Source of the DNA: Craspedostauros australis
Lineage: Eukaryota
Assembly (NCBI GenBank): GCA_030167865.1
Contig: JALAGF010004960.1
Coordinates: forward strand, 1 to 47,771
DNA length: 47,771 bases
Direction: 5' to 3'
Positions 33,895 through 46,227 of this stretch are shown piece by piece. Under the pieces are notes generated by a model that was not told the DNA's origin, did not search any database, and saw only the letters and a program-made list of their open reading frames with translations. Position 1 is the stretch's first letter. Every line of letters begins with the position of its first letter. The position numbers and the translations under genes were made by a program.

Positions 33895-36476
33895 TCACGG
33901 CTCAGGGGCTGCCATGTCGACCACCTCGTCATTGAATACGACGTGCTTGCTGGTCTTGTGCTTGGTGGTGACAAATGTTGCCCGCGCCTCAGCTGCGCTC
34001 AGCAGTCCACCATAGTCCTCGCCTCCCAAATCGAAGCTGCTGTGGTCTGGGTGGCCCAATGCGAGCAGCTGCTGCTCTCTCTCATTCTCGTGCTTGTTCT
34101 CCCACAAGGCAAGGAATTCGGAGTACGATATGAGGTTATCCTTCGTGAGATCGGCCTCGCCAATGATTGCGTCGATATCTGCCTTGGGGAAGTCGTTCCC
34201 CAGGATCTCCGCCAGGTTCTCGGCGGAGATGTATCCGGAATCATCGGAATCCAACCGATCGAAGGCTTCCGCCAACCGCTCCTCGCTGATGGCGCCTTGC
34301 GCTTCGATTGTGGACGCAAGGAATTCGGTGTATCGGATGCGACCGGATCCGTCGAGATCAAGGGCCTCGAACATGCTGGACACATCTTTTTCGGGGTAGC
34401 CGCTTTCGGCGAGCGCGTTGGAAAACTCTCCGTAGCTGATGGATCCGTCCTTGAGGGTGTCGTACTTTTGGAAGAGCTTACGCAGGATGCCAATTTCCTC
34501 CGTGCTGGACTTGTGCGCCACGACCATCAACGCCATCTTCTTGAGCTTTGTGTACCCAGCATACCGATGCATCGCCTGTCTGGCCTCGTCTTCCTCCTCC
34601 GCCAACGGAGCCCTCGTCGTGGCAGCAAATCGTTTGTTCAACCAGGTGTGCGAAAACGCTTCGTTGGCGTTGACACGTTCCGTCGGGTCCAGCACGAGCA
34701 GTTCCTGCACGAAGACCTTGGCCTGATCCGAGATCTTCCTCCATCGCCGTCCTCGGAAGTCGAACTGCCCCTTGAGAATCTGCTCCACGATGTGTCTCCT
34801 GCCGTCGATCGGGAAGAGAATTGTTATCATTGAAATTAGCAGGAGTGCGATGGTTTGAATGTGTGAGATGCCAATCGAAAAGGCAGGAAACGTTGATGTT
34901 GAGATACCAGTCACTTCACAAACCCCAAAAGCTCAAGTTCAAATTCAAGCACTTTCTCAATCACACTGCAATCAGACAATCGAATGAGCTGCAATATTGA
35001 CAACCAGAAACTGAAATCGAATGGTTCTTTGATGAGCAGAGCGCAATACTCGCGACCAGCCCACACACAATCTGAAGAACGCTCACCTCTTGCGACCATA
35101 GAATGGCATCTGCGATGATAGCAGCATGAATGCGATGACACCGATCGACCAAAGATCGGCGGCATGCGAGTAGTTGCCACGCAATACTTCGGGGGCCTGT
35201 GGATGATGCGTGTTGTGGATGCAGATGCGTAAAAGCGGTTTGATGAGATTGATATTAACAGCAGCAGCAGCAAAGGTCAGTATCGTAGTCGTGTGTGTTG
35301 AAATACATGCAATGCAACCATGTGGCAATGATAACGCCAGAAGGAGAAGTGAAAGTGACGCACCATCGTGTAGATCGTTCCCACACCTTCCGTGAGTTGC
35401 GTGTTGTCGCCGTAGACCTTGCTGAGACCGAAATCAATGAGCTTGATCTGCGACCTTGGAGAATCGTCGACGAACATGATGTTCTCGTACTTGAGATCCC
35501 TGTGCGAGACGTTCTTGGAGTGCATGTAGGACACCGCGCTGAGGATGGAGCTGACGATCCTCGCCGCCTCGGCCTCGGAATATGGATCCCTCGAATATAG
35601 ATCGCCGCCGCTGAGCATTTCCGTGACGATGAAGATCTGGTTGCGATGCTCGAATGTCTCGATCGCCCTGACGATGTGTGGGTGGTCCAACGCCTTGAGG
35701 ATGGCGATCTCATTCTTGAGCTCGTCGACGAAGCTGGTGTCCGTGATGCGGTTGAGATGGATGGACTTCATGGCGAAGAGACTGCCGTTGGCCTCGACCT
35801 CGGCATCGTCGTAGCTGTAGGCATCGCTGAGGCTGCCGAGCGCGTACCTGTCGCTGCCCGTGATGTTTGAGTCTCGCGAGTTGTTGGAGTACGTGTTGAG
35901 CGAACCGGGCCTGCCCGAGGAACGCAAACTGCTGACGTTGGCGGCGGCCCTCTGGGATGGGGCTTCCGGCTTGAGCTCGGTGTCGATGCAGAATCTGAAG
36001 ATGCCGCCGATGAAGGGTATCTTGAGGCACTCCTTGTTGCGTTTGTGCTTGCGGACGGCCTCGCGGAAGCCCTTGCGAGCGGAGCCACCCACGACGGTGG
36101 ATCGTTTGCGGACCTTGGCCACGGAGCCCATGGAACCGACGCCCAGAGTGTTGACGACCTCGTAGTACACCAGCGGGTTGCGATCGCGCTGCTCCCGCGT
36201 GAGGTTGGAACGCAGGCTCTTGGAGCGGAAGCTGGCGTCGCTTGAGAGCCTCGCGACTGCCTTCTTGTGCGGCAAGCTGGGGCTGTCGACCTTGGGCGGC
36301 GGAGGCGACGGAGGGTGCTTGTGGTGCTCGAAGTTGTGCGAATCATCGGTCTCCGATGGGAACGTCACGCTTCTCGTCGAGCGCAGCGAGTGCGTCGGGC
36401 TCTCGTATCCATTATCCGACGCCAAGGCCATCTCGCCTCCGTTGCTCATGGCCGAGTCGCTGGCTGTGGGTGTCAT
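33895..36476 (-). CDS. Calcium-dependent protein kinase (kinase + 4 EF-hands); exons 36476-35364, 35196-35087, 34798-33895 (708 aa)
   Basis: [23 protein letters not shown] across the splice, DLWSIG. Junction [12 protein letters not shown]-hand loops [48 protein letters not shown]. Confidence 0.92.
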
Positions 36477-36487
36477 CTATTGTCTGA

Positions 36488-36620
36488 TTATGATATGACA
36501 ATGATATGATGTATAATGATATGATGTATAATGATATGATAATATGATGCAATATGATATGATAATGTGTTGTGATGTGCTGTGCAATTGGTATTATGGA
36601 ATGGAATGGAATGGTATGGT
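36488..36620. repeat. AT-rich simple repeats (TGATA/ATGAT then TGGAA) immediately 5' of the CDPK start
   Basis: tgatatgatgtataatgatatgatgtataatgatatgat...ggaatggaatggaatggtatgg. Confidence 0.8.
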
Positions 36621-37738
36621 ATTGCAGGACTCTCGTTTCTGCCTTTGTGGTTGCAATTGCGATTGTGGTCGTATCTTCAGAGAAGCCTTTGTGCGCAAAC
36701 AGTGCTCTGCCTTGATCAGATCTGTTCTGCTCTGCTTTGCTTTTGGATGTTGGACTTTGGATGTTGGACTTTGGGTATGACTCGCAACCAATGGAAGTCA
36801 GGATCAATGATCCCTCAGTTCTTGTTGTCTTTTCTATTACTCTTTGCTATTACTCTTTGCACTGCAGCTCGTCCTCCAGTGTTTGGAATGGGTGAACCCT
36901 CTCTCTCTGTGTGCCGTTCCAGAGATCTCTAGTTGCCGACTCTCTGCATTGCCATGGGTGAACGCAACAGCAACGATCACGACCAACCATGCTCTGATAC
37001 TGCCAACACGATCGTCCACCACACAAACACCACACAACATGGCGGCAAATACACAAACAGGGAACGAGAGACGAACTGTTCGGAACCGAAGCGTTCTCGT
37101 TTGGCGTCGCGGAGAGAGAACGCCGAGACACGAAGATGTCATTTTCGGCTTTTGTCGAATCTTTCCTGTGACTCCGGCGAACGGAAAGACGAAATTGGGA
37201 ACCGAAGGAGCCCCTTCCGAAGATTCGACGAGCAGCAGCAAAGCAATCGCATGAATCGAACGATTCACATTCTTCGCCAATCGGACACGATCAGGGGCGC
37301 TTGTCCGTTGACCATGACGAAACCGAGACACCACCATGTGTCAGCACGCGAAAACGCAACGCACAACACGCGACAACACGAGCAAAATCTTGAGCACAGT
37401 CGGACTCGGTGTTGGATGCAGCCCCGTTGTTCGTTGAAGGCGTCGTTGCCAAACTGCCCATAATCGTGCAAATAGAAGGACAACCCCTCCAGAACATCCA
37501 AAACAAGGCAACGTTGCGATCAATTGATCGATTGACCAACTGACGGACCTGCCGAGAGCGACAGGAACGGACCAATCATTCCCTTCAGACCCAACTGAGA
37601 GGAGCCAACGGAGTTTCCAGTCTCACTTTTTCGGACTCTCCTTTTGGGCATTTGAGATCTGCAAAAGCAAGGTGCTACAGCTCGTATAATACTACTACGC
37701 ACGCTAGCAGCTGAGCCACAGCCAGGCAAAACACAAGC

Positions 37739-40700
37739 ATGTCGCCGCCACCCGAGGCACAGGCTCCACAGGCGGAGCCACATGACCCTCCCCAACAACA
37801 ACAACCACCACCACCACCGCCACCACCACAACAACAACAGCCACTACCACCACCACCACCACCGCAGGAAGCAAGAGCCTATAGATTGGCGGAAGGTATG
37901 AGATCGCCGGATCCACCGCAGATGCTGCTCACGGTCGCAACCACGCCAGTAGCTGCACCTCAACCCGAGCAGACCTCGGCCACGCGGTCTGTTGCTCCGT
38001 CTGCGATATACACGCCGCAGCAACACGAGCACATTCAGCTTCAGCAGCAGCTGCGACAGCAACTGGGTCCTGATGCGGGGCTTGGTGGTATTCAAACTCC
38101 GACGGGCAGATTGGCACGCAAGTCCTTCATTATTTCAGGTGGTAAGTGGATCTCGTGTTGCGGTCTTTCATTGTTCTGTTGTTGTTGTTGTTGTTGTTGT
38201 TGAATTGGTGTGTTGCAGAGTATTCACAGTCCGCTCTATTGCTCGGATGCATTTGGACTGGGATGTGACACAGCGTCCTCACTCGTTCATACTCGTACAA
38301 CGCAACGCCACACAACACACTCTACGATGCACACTCTACTGTGCAATCGATGCCTCATTTGTACATGCAGACTCCGACATCACGGAGCGTCTGTACGACC
38401 CCGATCGCAAGCAAAAGCCCATCATCTGGGAGCACATCAAGCTCGTGGCACCCGGACCCATCAGCCAACCACCGCCGGGACAGGTGCGTTGGAGGTCCAA
38501 AGACGCCATCGCTGCCTACTGCCTCAAGTGCAAGTGCCAGTTCTCCTACTCCAAGGGAACCTCCAAGACCATCACGCGTCACATGATCAGCTGGCACGGA
38601 TACGTGCCGGGCAGCGAAACTGCCACCGCGAAGAACAAGGCAAGCCCCACTGCTGCCGCTGCCGGACACAACAGTGCCAGAGGCAAGAGAAAGTCGTCTC
38701 CCGGTTCTTCCTACGTGTCGTACAACAAGACCGCCCGTACCGCAGGCAACGCAAGCGTCTCCGCCAGACGCTCCCCAGGGGTCACCTTCAGAAACGAAGG
38801 CTACAGCATGCCGTATCAGAATGACGACGACAATGACGATGATGGTGGCCACAACGCCATCGGCTTCGGGGGCTACGAAGACTCGCCGACTATCAAGGCG
38901 GATAGACGAAATGGTCGCTCTCACACAATGCCGAAGAAAAAGTACGCCGGCGCGTCGTCCCCCAGCGAAGACGCCAACGCGATCATGCACGAAGCGCACA
39001 ACCTCTTCTTTCGATGGGTCGTGGAGTCAGGTCATTCCCCAAGCATCGTGAGCGAACCAGGTCTTCACCAGGCTGTCAGCTTCCTCTCCGCGGGTAGGAT
39101 GCCCAACAAGATGCCATCACCCGCCAAGATCTGGCGCATGGCCCGCACGGCCAGCATCTCCATCCGGGAGAAGATTGTCGAGCTCGTCCAACAGGCAACA
39201 TCCTGCTCCCTGTCCTTCGAAGTCTTCTCGACCGTCAACGCAGGCAATTTCGCGGCGGTTCGCGTTGTCACCATCGACGCCGACACATTCCAACGACGCG
39301 CTTTCACGCTTTCCATCTCCCCCGTCTCGGGGGCGGTATCCGGAAGCGCTGCGATGGCGGATGATGCCGACATCAAGCTAACAATCCAACCGATCCTGCG
39401 CGCCATCCGGCTGTACCAGATCCCGATCCACAAGATCCAGCTCATCACGCTCGCTGGTGCGCCAAGTGACGACCTCTGCACGCATCTTCTTGCCGCGCTG
39501 CCGGAAACATCCGAGACGACCAGCGCCACCGCGCATGCGCGTCAACCCATGATTGTCCCTTGCATCGTAACTGGAATCAACAACATCGTCTTGGGTACCA
39601 TCACGATGGGTTCGACCAAGCCGCTGCTTCAGAAGATGCAGGCGATCATCACCTGCCTGGTTCGTCTCGGATCCGATGGCAAGGCACGCAACTACCAGCA
39701 GTGCTTCATGGCCAAGGATGCGAGACGCCCACCAGACCTCGAGGGTTTGGGGCACGGATCCGACTACGCCATCAGCACGAAGGCTCTGTTCGTCAGGTTG
39801 GTGCAGATGTCCAAACTGAAGGACTTTGAAACGACCCTCAACAGCGTCATCGAGAAGGAGGAGGTTCGGGTCGATCCCAACATCGAACCGCTGACCGAGG
39901 AGGAATGGTTCCTCTTCACCTCGCTTGCCAAGGTGGTGCAACCATTCGCGGATGCGCTCGACACTCTCTCGGCAGAAGAATACCCCACCATCGGTCTCTG
40001 CATGCTGGTCTCGCGTCGCATCCAAAGACTGATCGCCAAGATGAACTTCAACGACACGGCCGTGTTTCCGAACGGTTTCCAGTTCCCAAACGCCATCGAG
40101 AAGTTGCAGCATATTCAGGGTGACATGATGGAGCAGTTCCCGAACAACCTGCAGTTCTACCTGGCGGACACGTCGTCCGCGCTCTGGACCATGCCGCTGG
40201 ATCCACGGCTGATCGGGATGCACGAAATCTCCGGTAGCCAGCGATCCGAAGTCAAGGATCAGCTCGCCGCGGAGCTGGTGCGACTCAGCGAAGATGCCGC
40301 AGCTGAATCCAACACTGCTCAAGCGGCAGCGAAGACAGACGCAGCCGAGGGAGAATCAGCATCTCCCGCAACGGGCCTCACGACGGCCCTCGATGGGCTG
40401 GGAACGACGTCGACCATGGGCGGATTGTTCTGGGGGGACAGCGCCGAACCCACCGTGCCGTCCGCAGAGAGCAAGACCAAGGAGAATTGCGAGAAAAATG
40501 TGGACAGGTACTTCTCGAACGTCGGTTCCTACCGCCGCATCACCGACCCCATTGCTTGGTGGAAGCTGAACAAGAATCTGTTCCCGGAACTCGCGCAGCT
40601 GGCATGCAGATGGTTGGGTGCCTGCACCTCGACCAGAGCAGTACAAGCGATGAACGACATCCCCGCGCAGAAGAAGCGATCGAACCTGTCCGATCCCCAC

Positions 40701-40853
40701 GCGCACACCTGGATGTATCTCAATGAGAATGCAAAACTACTTGGGATGATCCCGGCGCCCAGAGACTCGGGAACCCCAACCAAGTCCGATGACAGCGGGG
40801 TCAGTCAGCCGAACAGTGCGGGGGGTCCTGATGCCAGGATCGCCTCTGTTTGA
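37739..40853 (+). CDS. BED zinc-finger / hAT-transposase-derived protein (ZBED-like, likely domesticated); exons 37739-38141 and 38371-40853 (961 aa)
   Basis: BED finger IWEHI...AYCLKCK...GTSKTITRHMISWH. hAT-like LTEEEW, VVQPF...T..LS.E.YPT, LDPR. C-terminal dimerization-like DPIAWWK...FPELAQLA. GTAAGT...CAG intron joins a Pro/Gln-rich first exon in frame. Confidence 0.85.
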
Positions 40854-41208
40854 GCAACGCAAGTAGCAGCAGCGGCAACAACAACAACACCTCGGGGAAA
40901 GGGATTGCAACTTGACAGTATTGTACGACTAATGTCACTAGCATTAGGTCTAAATGTAAAATGTGTAGAAAACGCAATACTACAGTCGTGGTGCTCACCA
41001 TACTTCTTATTCGTCACCGAGCAGTAAAGTACGCGGTGTATCTGCAATACTAGTAATTTTTTACTTGGTCGCACTCTTCTAGAGTCCACCAGTACTCTGG
41101 TGTCAGTAGCATTCTGTTGTTTCTATTCTGGGATGACGGTTGGTCGATCTCCTCCAGCACACACTTTATTCGTCTCTCTTTTGAATTCTCTGCTGACCCG
41201 GAGGAGTA

Positions 41209-44200
41209 TCAATGACCTCGCTTCTTGTTGTTGGTGCGTTTGCGTTTGGCGACTCTCTTTTGGATCTTCATCCACGCCCGTCGCGACAGCGCCATCATGC
41301 GTTCCGACATGATCCGCACGAACAACGGCTCCGTCGATGGCAGCATCTTCGACTGTCGCAACTCCTCCAAACGACCATGATTGCGTTCCCACGTTGCCTT
41401 GTCGATGTGATCCGGGAGCTGGGACGTCCACAACATCGGCTCGTGGTACAAGCGATTGTCTTCCGTCTGCATGGGATGCCATTCGTAGGCGTCGGTCAAG
41501 TCACGCAGCTCCGGATGCTCATCGATGAAGGTCCGGATGTGATCATCGGGCTCTTCGTGCGCGATGCGCCGTTCCACCTCCATCTTCGCCATGGCATGGG
41601 CGAAGCTGAGCTGGTCGATGTCGGTTTCCCACTGCACGTGCTCCTGGTACCATTCGCAGCGCAGTTGCCTTGCTTCCTCCAGGCTCAGATCATGGACGAC
41701 CCATCGTGTGCGGACCCAATGATGCATGGAGTATCGGTACCACGGCTCGGTGGTGGATCGCAACGCCCCGCTGTTTATGAAGGAGGGAATGCGTTCGTAA
41801 AATTCACGCTGCCGACGAATGTCGCTGGGTTCCTTCTCGTCGGGATCCATGTCGATTTCATACCGCATGAACTTGGTGGCATCGTGCACGGACAGCTTCT
41901 TGGTGGGGTCAACCACGAAGGTTTCGGGATGGCGCAAGGGTGCGAACAAGATCGAGGCCCGTCGTTTTGGTTCGCCTGGAACGCGATACTTCGCCCTCTG
42001 GATCTTCTCGAGGCCGGTCTCGGGATCGGTGATGATATCCTTCTTCTCCACGGTGCGTTTGGGGAACGAATCCCTTCTCATCTCTCCGATCAGGAACTGG
42101 ACGTCGTCAATCTTGGGTGACGTGGAGAAGTTGTCTTCCACGAAGAAAGCGTAGTCCACGTCGGAATGAAAGAGCCGTCCTGGCGACAGCTTCAGCAAGG
42201 ACTTGTCAGGCACGCTGAGGTCGCCCATGCCATCATCCACCAAGATCAGTATCCACCCACGGTACAGCAGCCTTCCATTCAGCTCATTCAGGAGTCTGTT
42301 CTTGAATGCATCGTCATTCTCATTTTCCTCCTTCGTGAATTCATCCGGCTTGTCCTCAAGGAAGCGATTCATCGAGGTCTGGGCCAGCTTGCTTTCCTTG
42401 GGGATGAAGGCGAAGTTGCAAATCAGCGGCTTGCCTTCGGCTTGGGCCTTTGCCTCGTCCATGAATTCGGCGTGAAGGGGCAGCTGATCCGTGTCCTCCT
42501 CCAGGCTGTGCGTGTAGAGGACGGTCTTGCAGCCTTCCGTCACGGACCACAGCATCTCCCGCACGTTGTCAAACACAGACGACAAGCACTGATCTCGCAT
42601 GTTGCATTCGGAGATGCAGGGAAGGAAATCTCGGCTCATGTGGCATGAAACATCCTCATTGTCGCATGTTGGATGGCCGTGCCGCTTGAGAAGGGCATCG
42701 CCAGATTTGGGATCCAGCTGCGGAACCTCGAATTGGGATGGTCGTGGCTTCGGGCTGCCAAACGGCGATCGGCGATCCACGTGCCACGCAATGGTCTTCA
42801 GCAGCCCATCGAAGAGGGACAGCTTCGGCGTCCACCCATTGAGCGGGTCTGCGACATCCGTTTTGACCGGAAATTGATGCACCTTCTGCTTCATCACCGT
42901 CAGGAAATTGGATGCGTCCTTCGCTTCTGGATCGACGATCTTGTGAACGACATTTCTCACGGTGCTCAATGACTGCTTGTACGCCCTGGTTGACATGTCC
43001 GTTGTGATGGCACCCTCCGCTCGGAACTGCATCGTGGCGATGACGGCATTCACGACGTCATCGACGTGCAGCAATTCGATATTGCTGTCATCCGCATTGT
43101 GACCATCGCCAATGGCCATGTTCTGTTTGGGCGGTTGGACGTACGTTGGTCTGGGCGACACGCCGTAGAATTTATCCAGCGCATTTTCGATTTCGTTGAA
43201 CAGGAGTGAATCTGGTCGGCCCCAGTGACCGTACACGCTGTGCTGCGGGATTCGCATCGCGATCGACGACATGCCAATTTGCTTGTGATACGTCGCAGCG
43301 AGGATTTCATCGAACGCCTTCGTCTCCGCATGCACACGGCACGATTCTTCCGAACCTGAGTGATCCTGGGCGTGCGCATGATTGTCATCTTCCGCAAGCG
43401 GGGTCGTCGATGAATACACGAGCTGCGGTCGGCTGGAGGCGTCCGACAGATTCGCCATGTAGGCCAGGAGCTGTTCCATGGCGACCGCCGAATTGCGGAT
43501 GTGGAATATCTGCGGGTTGTGGGTTTCGTCGACGTAAGGCGAGAGGGTGTTGATCCAATCCTGCCGCAGCTGGATTGGGAGATCGGCAGATGCAAAGTGC
43601 ACAACATGCGTGGGTTCGAAATTGGCCAAGAAGTTCCATTCGCCGGTCTCCTCGAGCGGGATTTGCGACGAAGATGGCTTCTTCGTGATGGGATCCAGAC
43701 CGATGAAGGGCAGGATGATGGGCTTGGCCATCTTGGGTATCTGCGACATGAGTATTTCGATGCGTTCCTGCATGGCGAGACGATGCTGCACGGAATTAGG
43801 GAACATCTGATCGACGCCCATGATTTGGACGACGTCGCATTTGGTGGCCAACGTGAGCGCGAGCGAGAATGCGACCGGGTTGCTGACGATGCCGGTGATG
43901 ACGACCTTGGATTGGGAGTTGAGGGCCAGTCGGTCTGGGTAGGAGCCTGGATTTGCCGTGGCAGCACCGCGCGCGACCGTTCCACACAGGTTTTCCAAAG
44001 CGGCGGGCGTATCATCCAAGAGCATTCCCGGCACGAAATCTGCAGCAGCATTCGCGTGAGCATCGGTTTGTGAGTGGTCAGCTCCGTCGCGCGACACTGT
44101 GTACCATTGAGGCGCGGCCGGCATGGTCGGATCGGGACGGCTCGTGTGCTTCCTCCCCTGCGAACGATCGTGCTGTATGCCAAACGCCTCCTTCCGCTTG

Positions 44201-45003
44201 GCCCGTATGTCCGCCGAGGCGTACTGTCGGAAGGGAGAGTCGACCGCCTGCGCTTCCTCCATCGCTTTGGTCTCCCTCGTGAGCATCATGGATTGGCGGA
44301 TGAGCACGGTGACGTAGATGGCCAATATGACAGCGATTGACAATCGGATGGCATTGACGTACGACCACCGTTTATGCGTCCTCCGATTGCTCGCCTGACG
44401 GTACGGCGGTTGCCTGTGGTGCTGCGGGCGGCTGCGGTTGTGCCAGCGAGTTGGATTTTTTGAATCGGAGCCCATGAAATTGGGCGACATGTGGCTCTTG
44501 AAGTAGTGCAGCGATGCCTTGAGGGGCGACGGCGTCTCCTCGTCGTCCATTGTGTGCGACGTGTCGTCCGCGTGGCTGCGCACTACCTTGGATCGATGGT
44601 GCAGGCCGTTGCGGACGGGCGAGAAGATTGGCGGGGTGGGTTGACCGCTCGCGGCAGAGAAGTGCGGTGGTTGGTTCTGGCCGTTGCCGCTGAGGAATTC
44701 CTGCGCATCCGAGAAGCTCCTGCTGCGCTGCCTTGTGAATAGGTAATCGCTGTCGTCGTCGGAGCTGTACGCCCCCTCGTAGTAGCTATCCGCATCGGCA
44801 TCGCTGAAGCCCACACCAGCGCCGCCGCCGCCGTACATATCATCGGATTTGTGCTCCTGCTTGTGCTCATGCTTGTGCACATGCACGGGTTGATTTCCGG
44901 TCTCAGTTCCGTTGGCATGCTCACTTTCATCGTTCTGGACAAAGCCGCCGCCGGACGATTGGTCATCCCTTCCGTTCACCTTGTTGGTTGAGCGCCGCCA
45001 CAT
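41209..45003 (-). CDS. Type II membrane fusion protein: NDP-sugar epimerase-like (GAE-like SDR) domain + DUF616 (TOD1/MUCI70-like glycosyltransferase) domain
   Basis: TM LSIAVILAIYVTVLI. SDR-like KVVITG, FEPTHVVHFAS, LVYSST, VYGHWGRPD, LHVDDVV, GWTPKLSLFDGL. DUF616-like LKLSPGRLF..V.YAFF, LRCEWYQE, DQLSFAH. Single 1264-aa ORF. Confidence 0.8.
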   Translation of the reverse strand: MWRRSTNKVNGRDDQSSGGGFVQNDESEHANGTETGNQPVHVHKHEHKQEHKSDDMYGGGGAGVGFSDADADSYYEGAYSSDDDSDYLFTRQRSRSFSDAQEFLSGNGQNQPPHFSAASGQPTPPIFSPVRNGLHHRSKVVRSHADDTSHTMDDEETPSPLKASLHYFKSHMSPNFMGSDSKNPTRWHNRSRPQHHRQPPYRQASNRRTHKRWSYVNAIRLSIAVILAIYVTVLIRQSMMLTRETKAMEEAQAVDSPFRQYASADIRAKRKEAFGIQHDRSQGRKHTSRPDPTMPAAPQWYTVSRDGADHSQTDAHANAAADFVPGMLLDDTPAALENLCGTVARGAATANPGSYPDRLALNSQSKVVITGIVSNPVAFSLALTLATKCDVVQIMGVDQMFPNSVQHRLAMQERIEILMSQIPKMAKPIILPFIGLDPITKKPSSSQIPLEETGEWNFLANFEPTHVVHFASADLPIQLRQDWINTLSPYVDETHNPQIFHIRNSAVAMEQLLAYMANLSDASSRPQLVYSSTTPLAEDDNHAHAQDHSGSEESCRVHAETKAFDEILAATYHKQIGMSSIAMRIPQHSVYGHWGRPDSLLFNEIENALDKFYGVSPRPTYVQPPKQNMAIGDGHNADDSNIELLHVDDVVNAVIATMQFRAEGAITTDMSTRAYKQSLSTVRNVVHKIVDPEAKDASNFLTVMKQKVHQFPVKTDVADPLNGWTPKLSLFDGLLKTIAWHVDRRSPFGSPKPRPSQFEVPQLDPKSGDALLKRHGHPTCDNEDVSCHMSRDFLPCISECNMRDQCLSSVFDNVREMLWSVTEGCKTVLYTHSLEEDTDQLPLHAEFMDEAKAQAEGKPLICNFAFIPKESKLAQTSMNRFLEDKPDEFTKEENENDDAFKNRLLNELNGRLLYRGWILILVDDGMGDLSVPDKSLLKLSPGRLFHSDVDYAFFVEDNFSTSPKIDDVQFLIGEMRRDSFPKRTVEKKDIITDPETGLEKIQRAKYRVPGEPKRRASILFAPLRHPETFVVDPTKKLSVHDATKFMRYEIDMDPDEKEPSDIRRQREFYERIPSFINSGALRSTTEPWYRYSMHHWVRTRWVVHDLSLEEARQLRCEWYQEHVQWETDIDQLSFAHAMAKMEVERRIAHEEPDDHIRTFIDEHPELRDLTDAYEWHPMQTEDNRLYHEPMLWTSQLPDHIDKATWERNHGRLEELRQSKMLPSTEPLFVRIMSERMMALSRRAWMKIQKRVAKRKRTNNKKRGH

Positions 45004-45889
45004 AATGTCACTTATAATAATGCTTGCGCTGTTGCCTTGTTACCGTCCCTGGTATAATGTTGGTTTGTTGTTTGTGTGAGCACGAGTAGTCCTCCTCGTC
45101 CTGCTTCGAAGATGTGGACGTGGGTGTGCGAATGGGCGCTTCTCCTGCTGCGGCAACACGAATTGGAGACCGGTGCTTGCACTTGTGCTTCTATGAGATT
45201 GTGCGACTCTGTATCCGATGATGAGAACTGATGTTGATCCTGGCAGCTGGACAATGCTCCGTGCTTGGCAACAATGATCCAAGCAACGTTGTTGTGGTTC
45301 CTTGTCTGTGTCTTCCCTATGGCACAGCTGCTCATGGCAATGTTGGTCTTGGTCTCTTCTCTCCACCACCAACAAGTTGCTTTGGCTGTTATTGGTCGTC
45401 TCTGGTTTGTTCTTGGTTTGTGCTGTCTACGGAATCGCTTCGCCTTTCATCAATCCAAAGTCCACGCCCAATGCTGCATCCAACACAAGATCGTGTGTCG
45501 TCACACTGCTCTTTCTCTCAATGTATGGCAGAGTGCTGCAGAGTATGGCAGAGTGTGACAGAGTGCGGTACTCTTGTGCATAGTCGGTTCAACCCAATTG
45601 AATGGAGTTGGGTCGATTTGAATGAAGTTGTGTTGGATCGGAATCGATGGACGCAAACAAGAAAGAGTTCATCGTGGAAGAATGCGCAAAACCGCTACCA
45701 AGACACAAGACGACGTGACCATTTCCACGAAATGCGGTACGGACTGTTGACGCATGTCGGACTTCTTCAGCCCTCCGTCTCGTCTTGTTCGTCAATTTGG
45801 GAGAACGGTGAGCAGCAATGCGATGTGCCTCCATCATCTCGTGATTCGAATCGGATGGCATGATTGGCTGCACTCTTGTTCACAACATG

Positions 45890-46194
45890 TGTGAGGCTGG
45901 CTGGCTTGACACTTGCGTTTACTTACAACAAACAATATTCCACCATACCTCCCAATACACAGCTCCATCTTGAGTACCATACTTATGTACCATGAACATG
46001 GGTCATGTCCAATGATGACTCATATGACCACTTTCCCTCCAACACAACCCAATGTGATGATCGGGAGACGATACGAGTAGTGTGTGTGTGTGTGTGTGAT
46101 GTGAAGTTATTATGACTCGTCTCTGTTGTCTCTGCTGAGGCTGTGAACAGGGGTTCATTTGCTGCTCCGTCTGGCCTTCGACCGTATACCAACA
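45890..46194 (-). repeat. Putative 3' LTR (~305 nt) containing a (CA)9 microsatellite
   Basis: Begins TGTTGG directly after the PPT. Candidate end ...AGTAAA...CCTCACA near 45890; alternative end CCAACA at 45631. The distal boundary is uncertain without the 5' LTR. Confidence 0.55.
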
Positions 46195-46227
46195 CCCCCC
46201 CCCCCACGCTGACGCAGTCAGCGGAAG

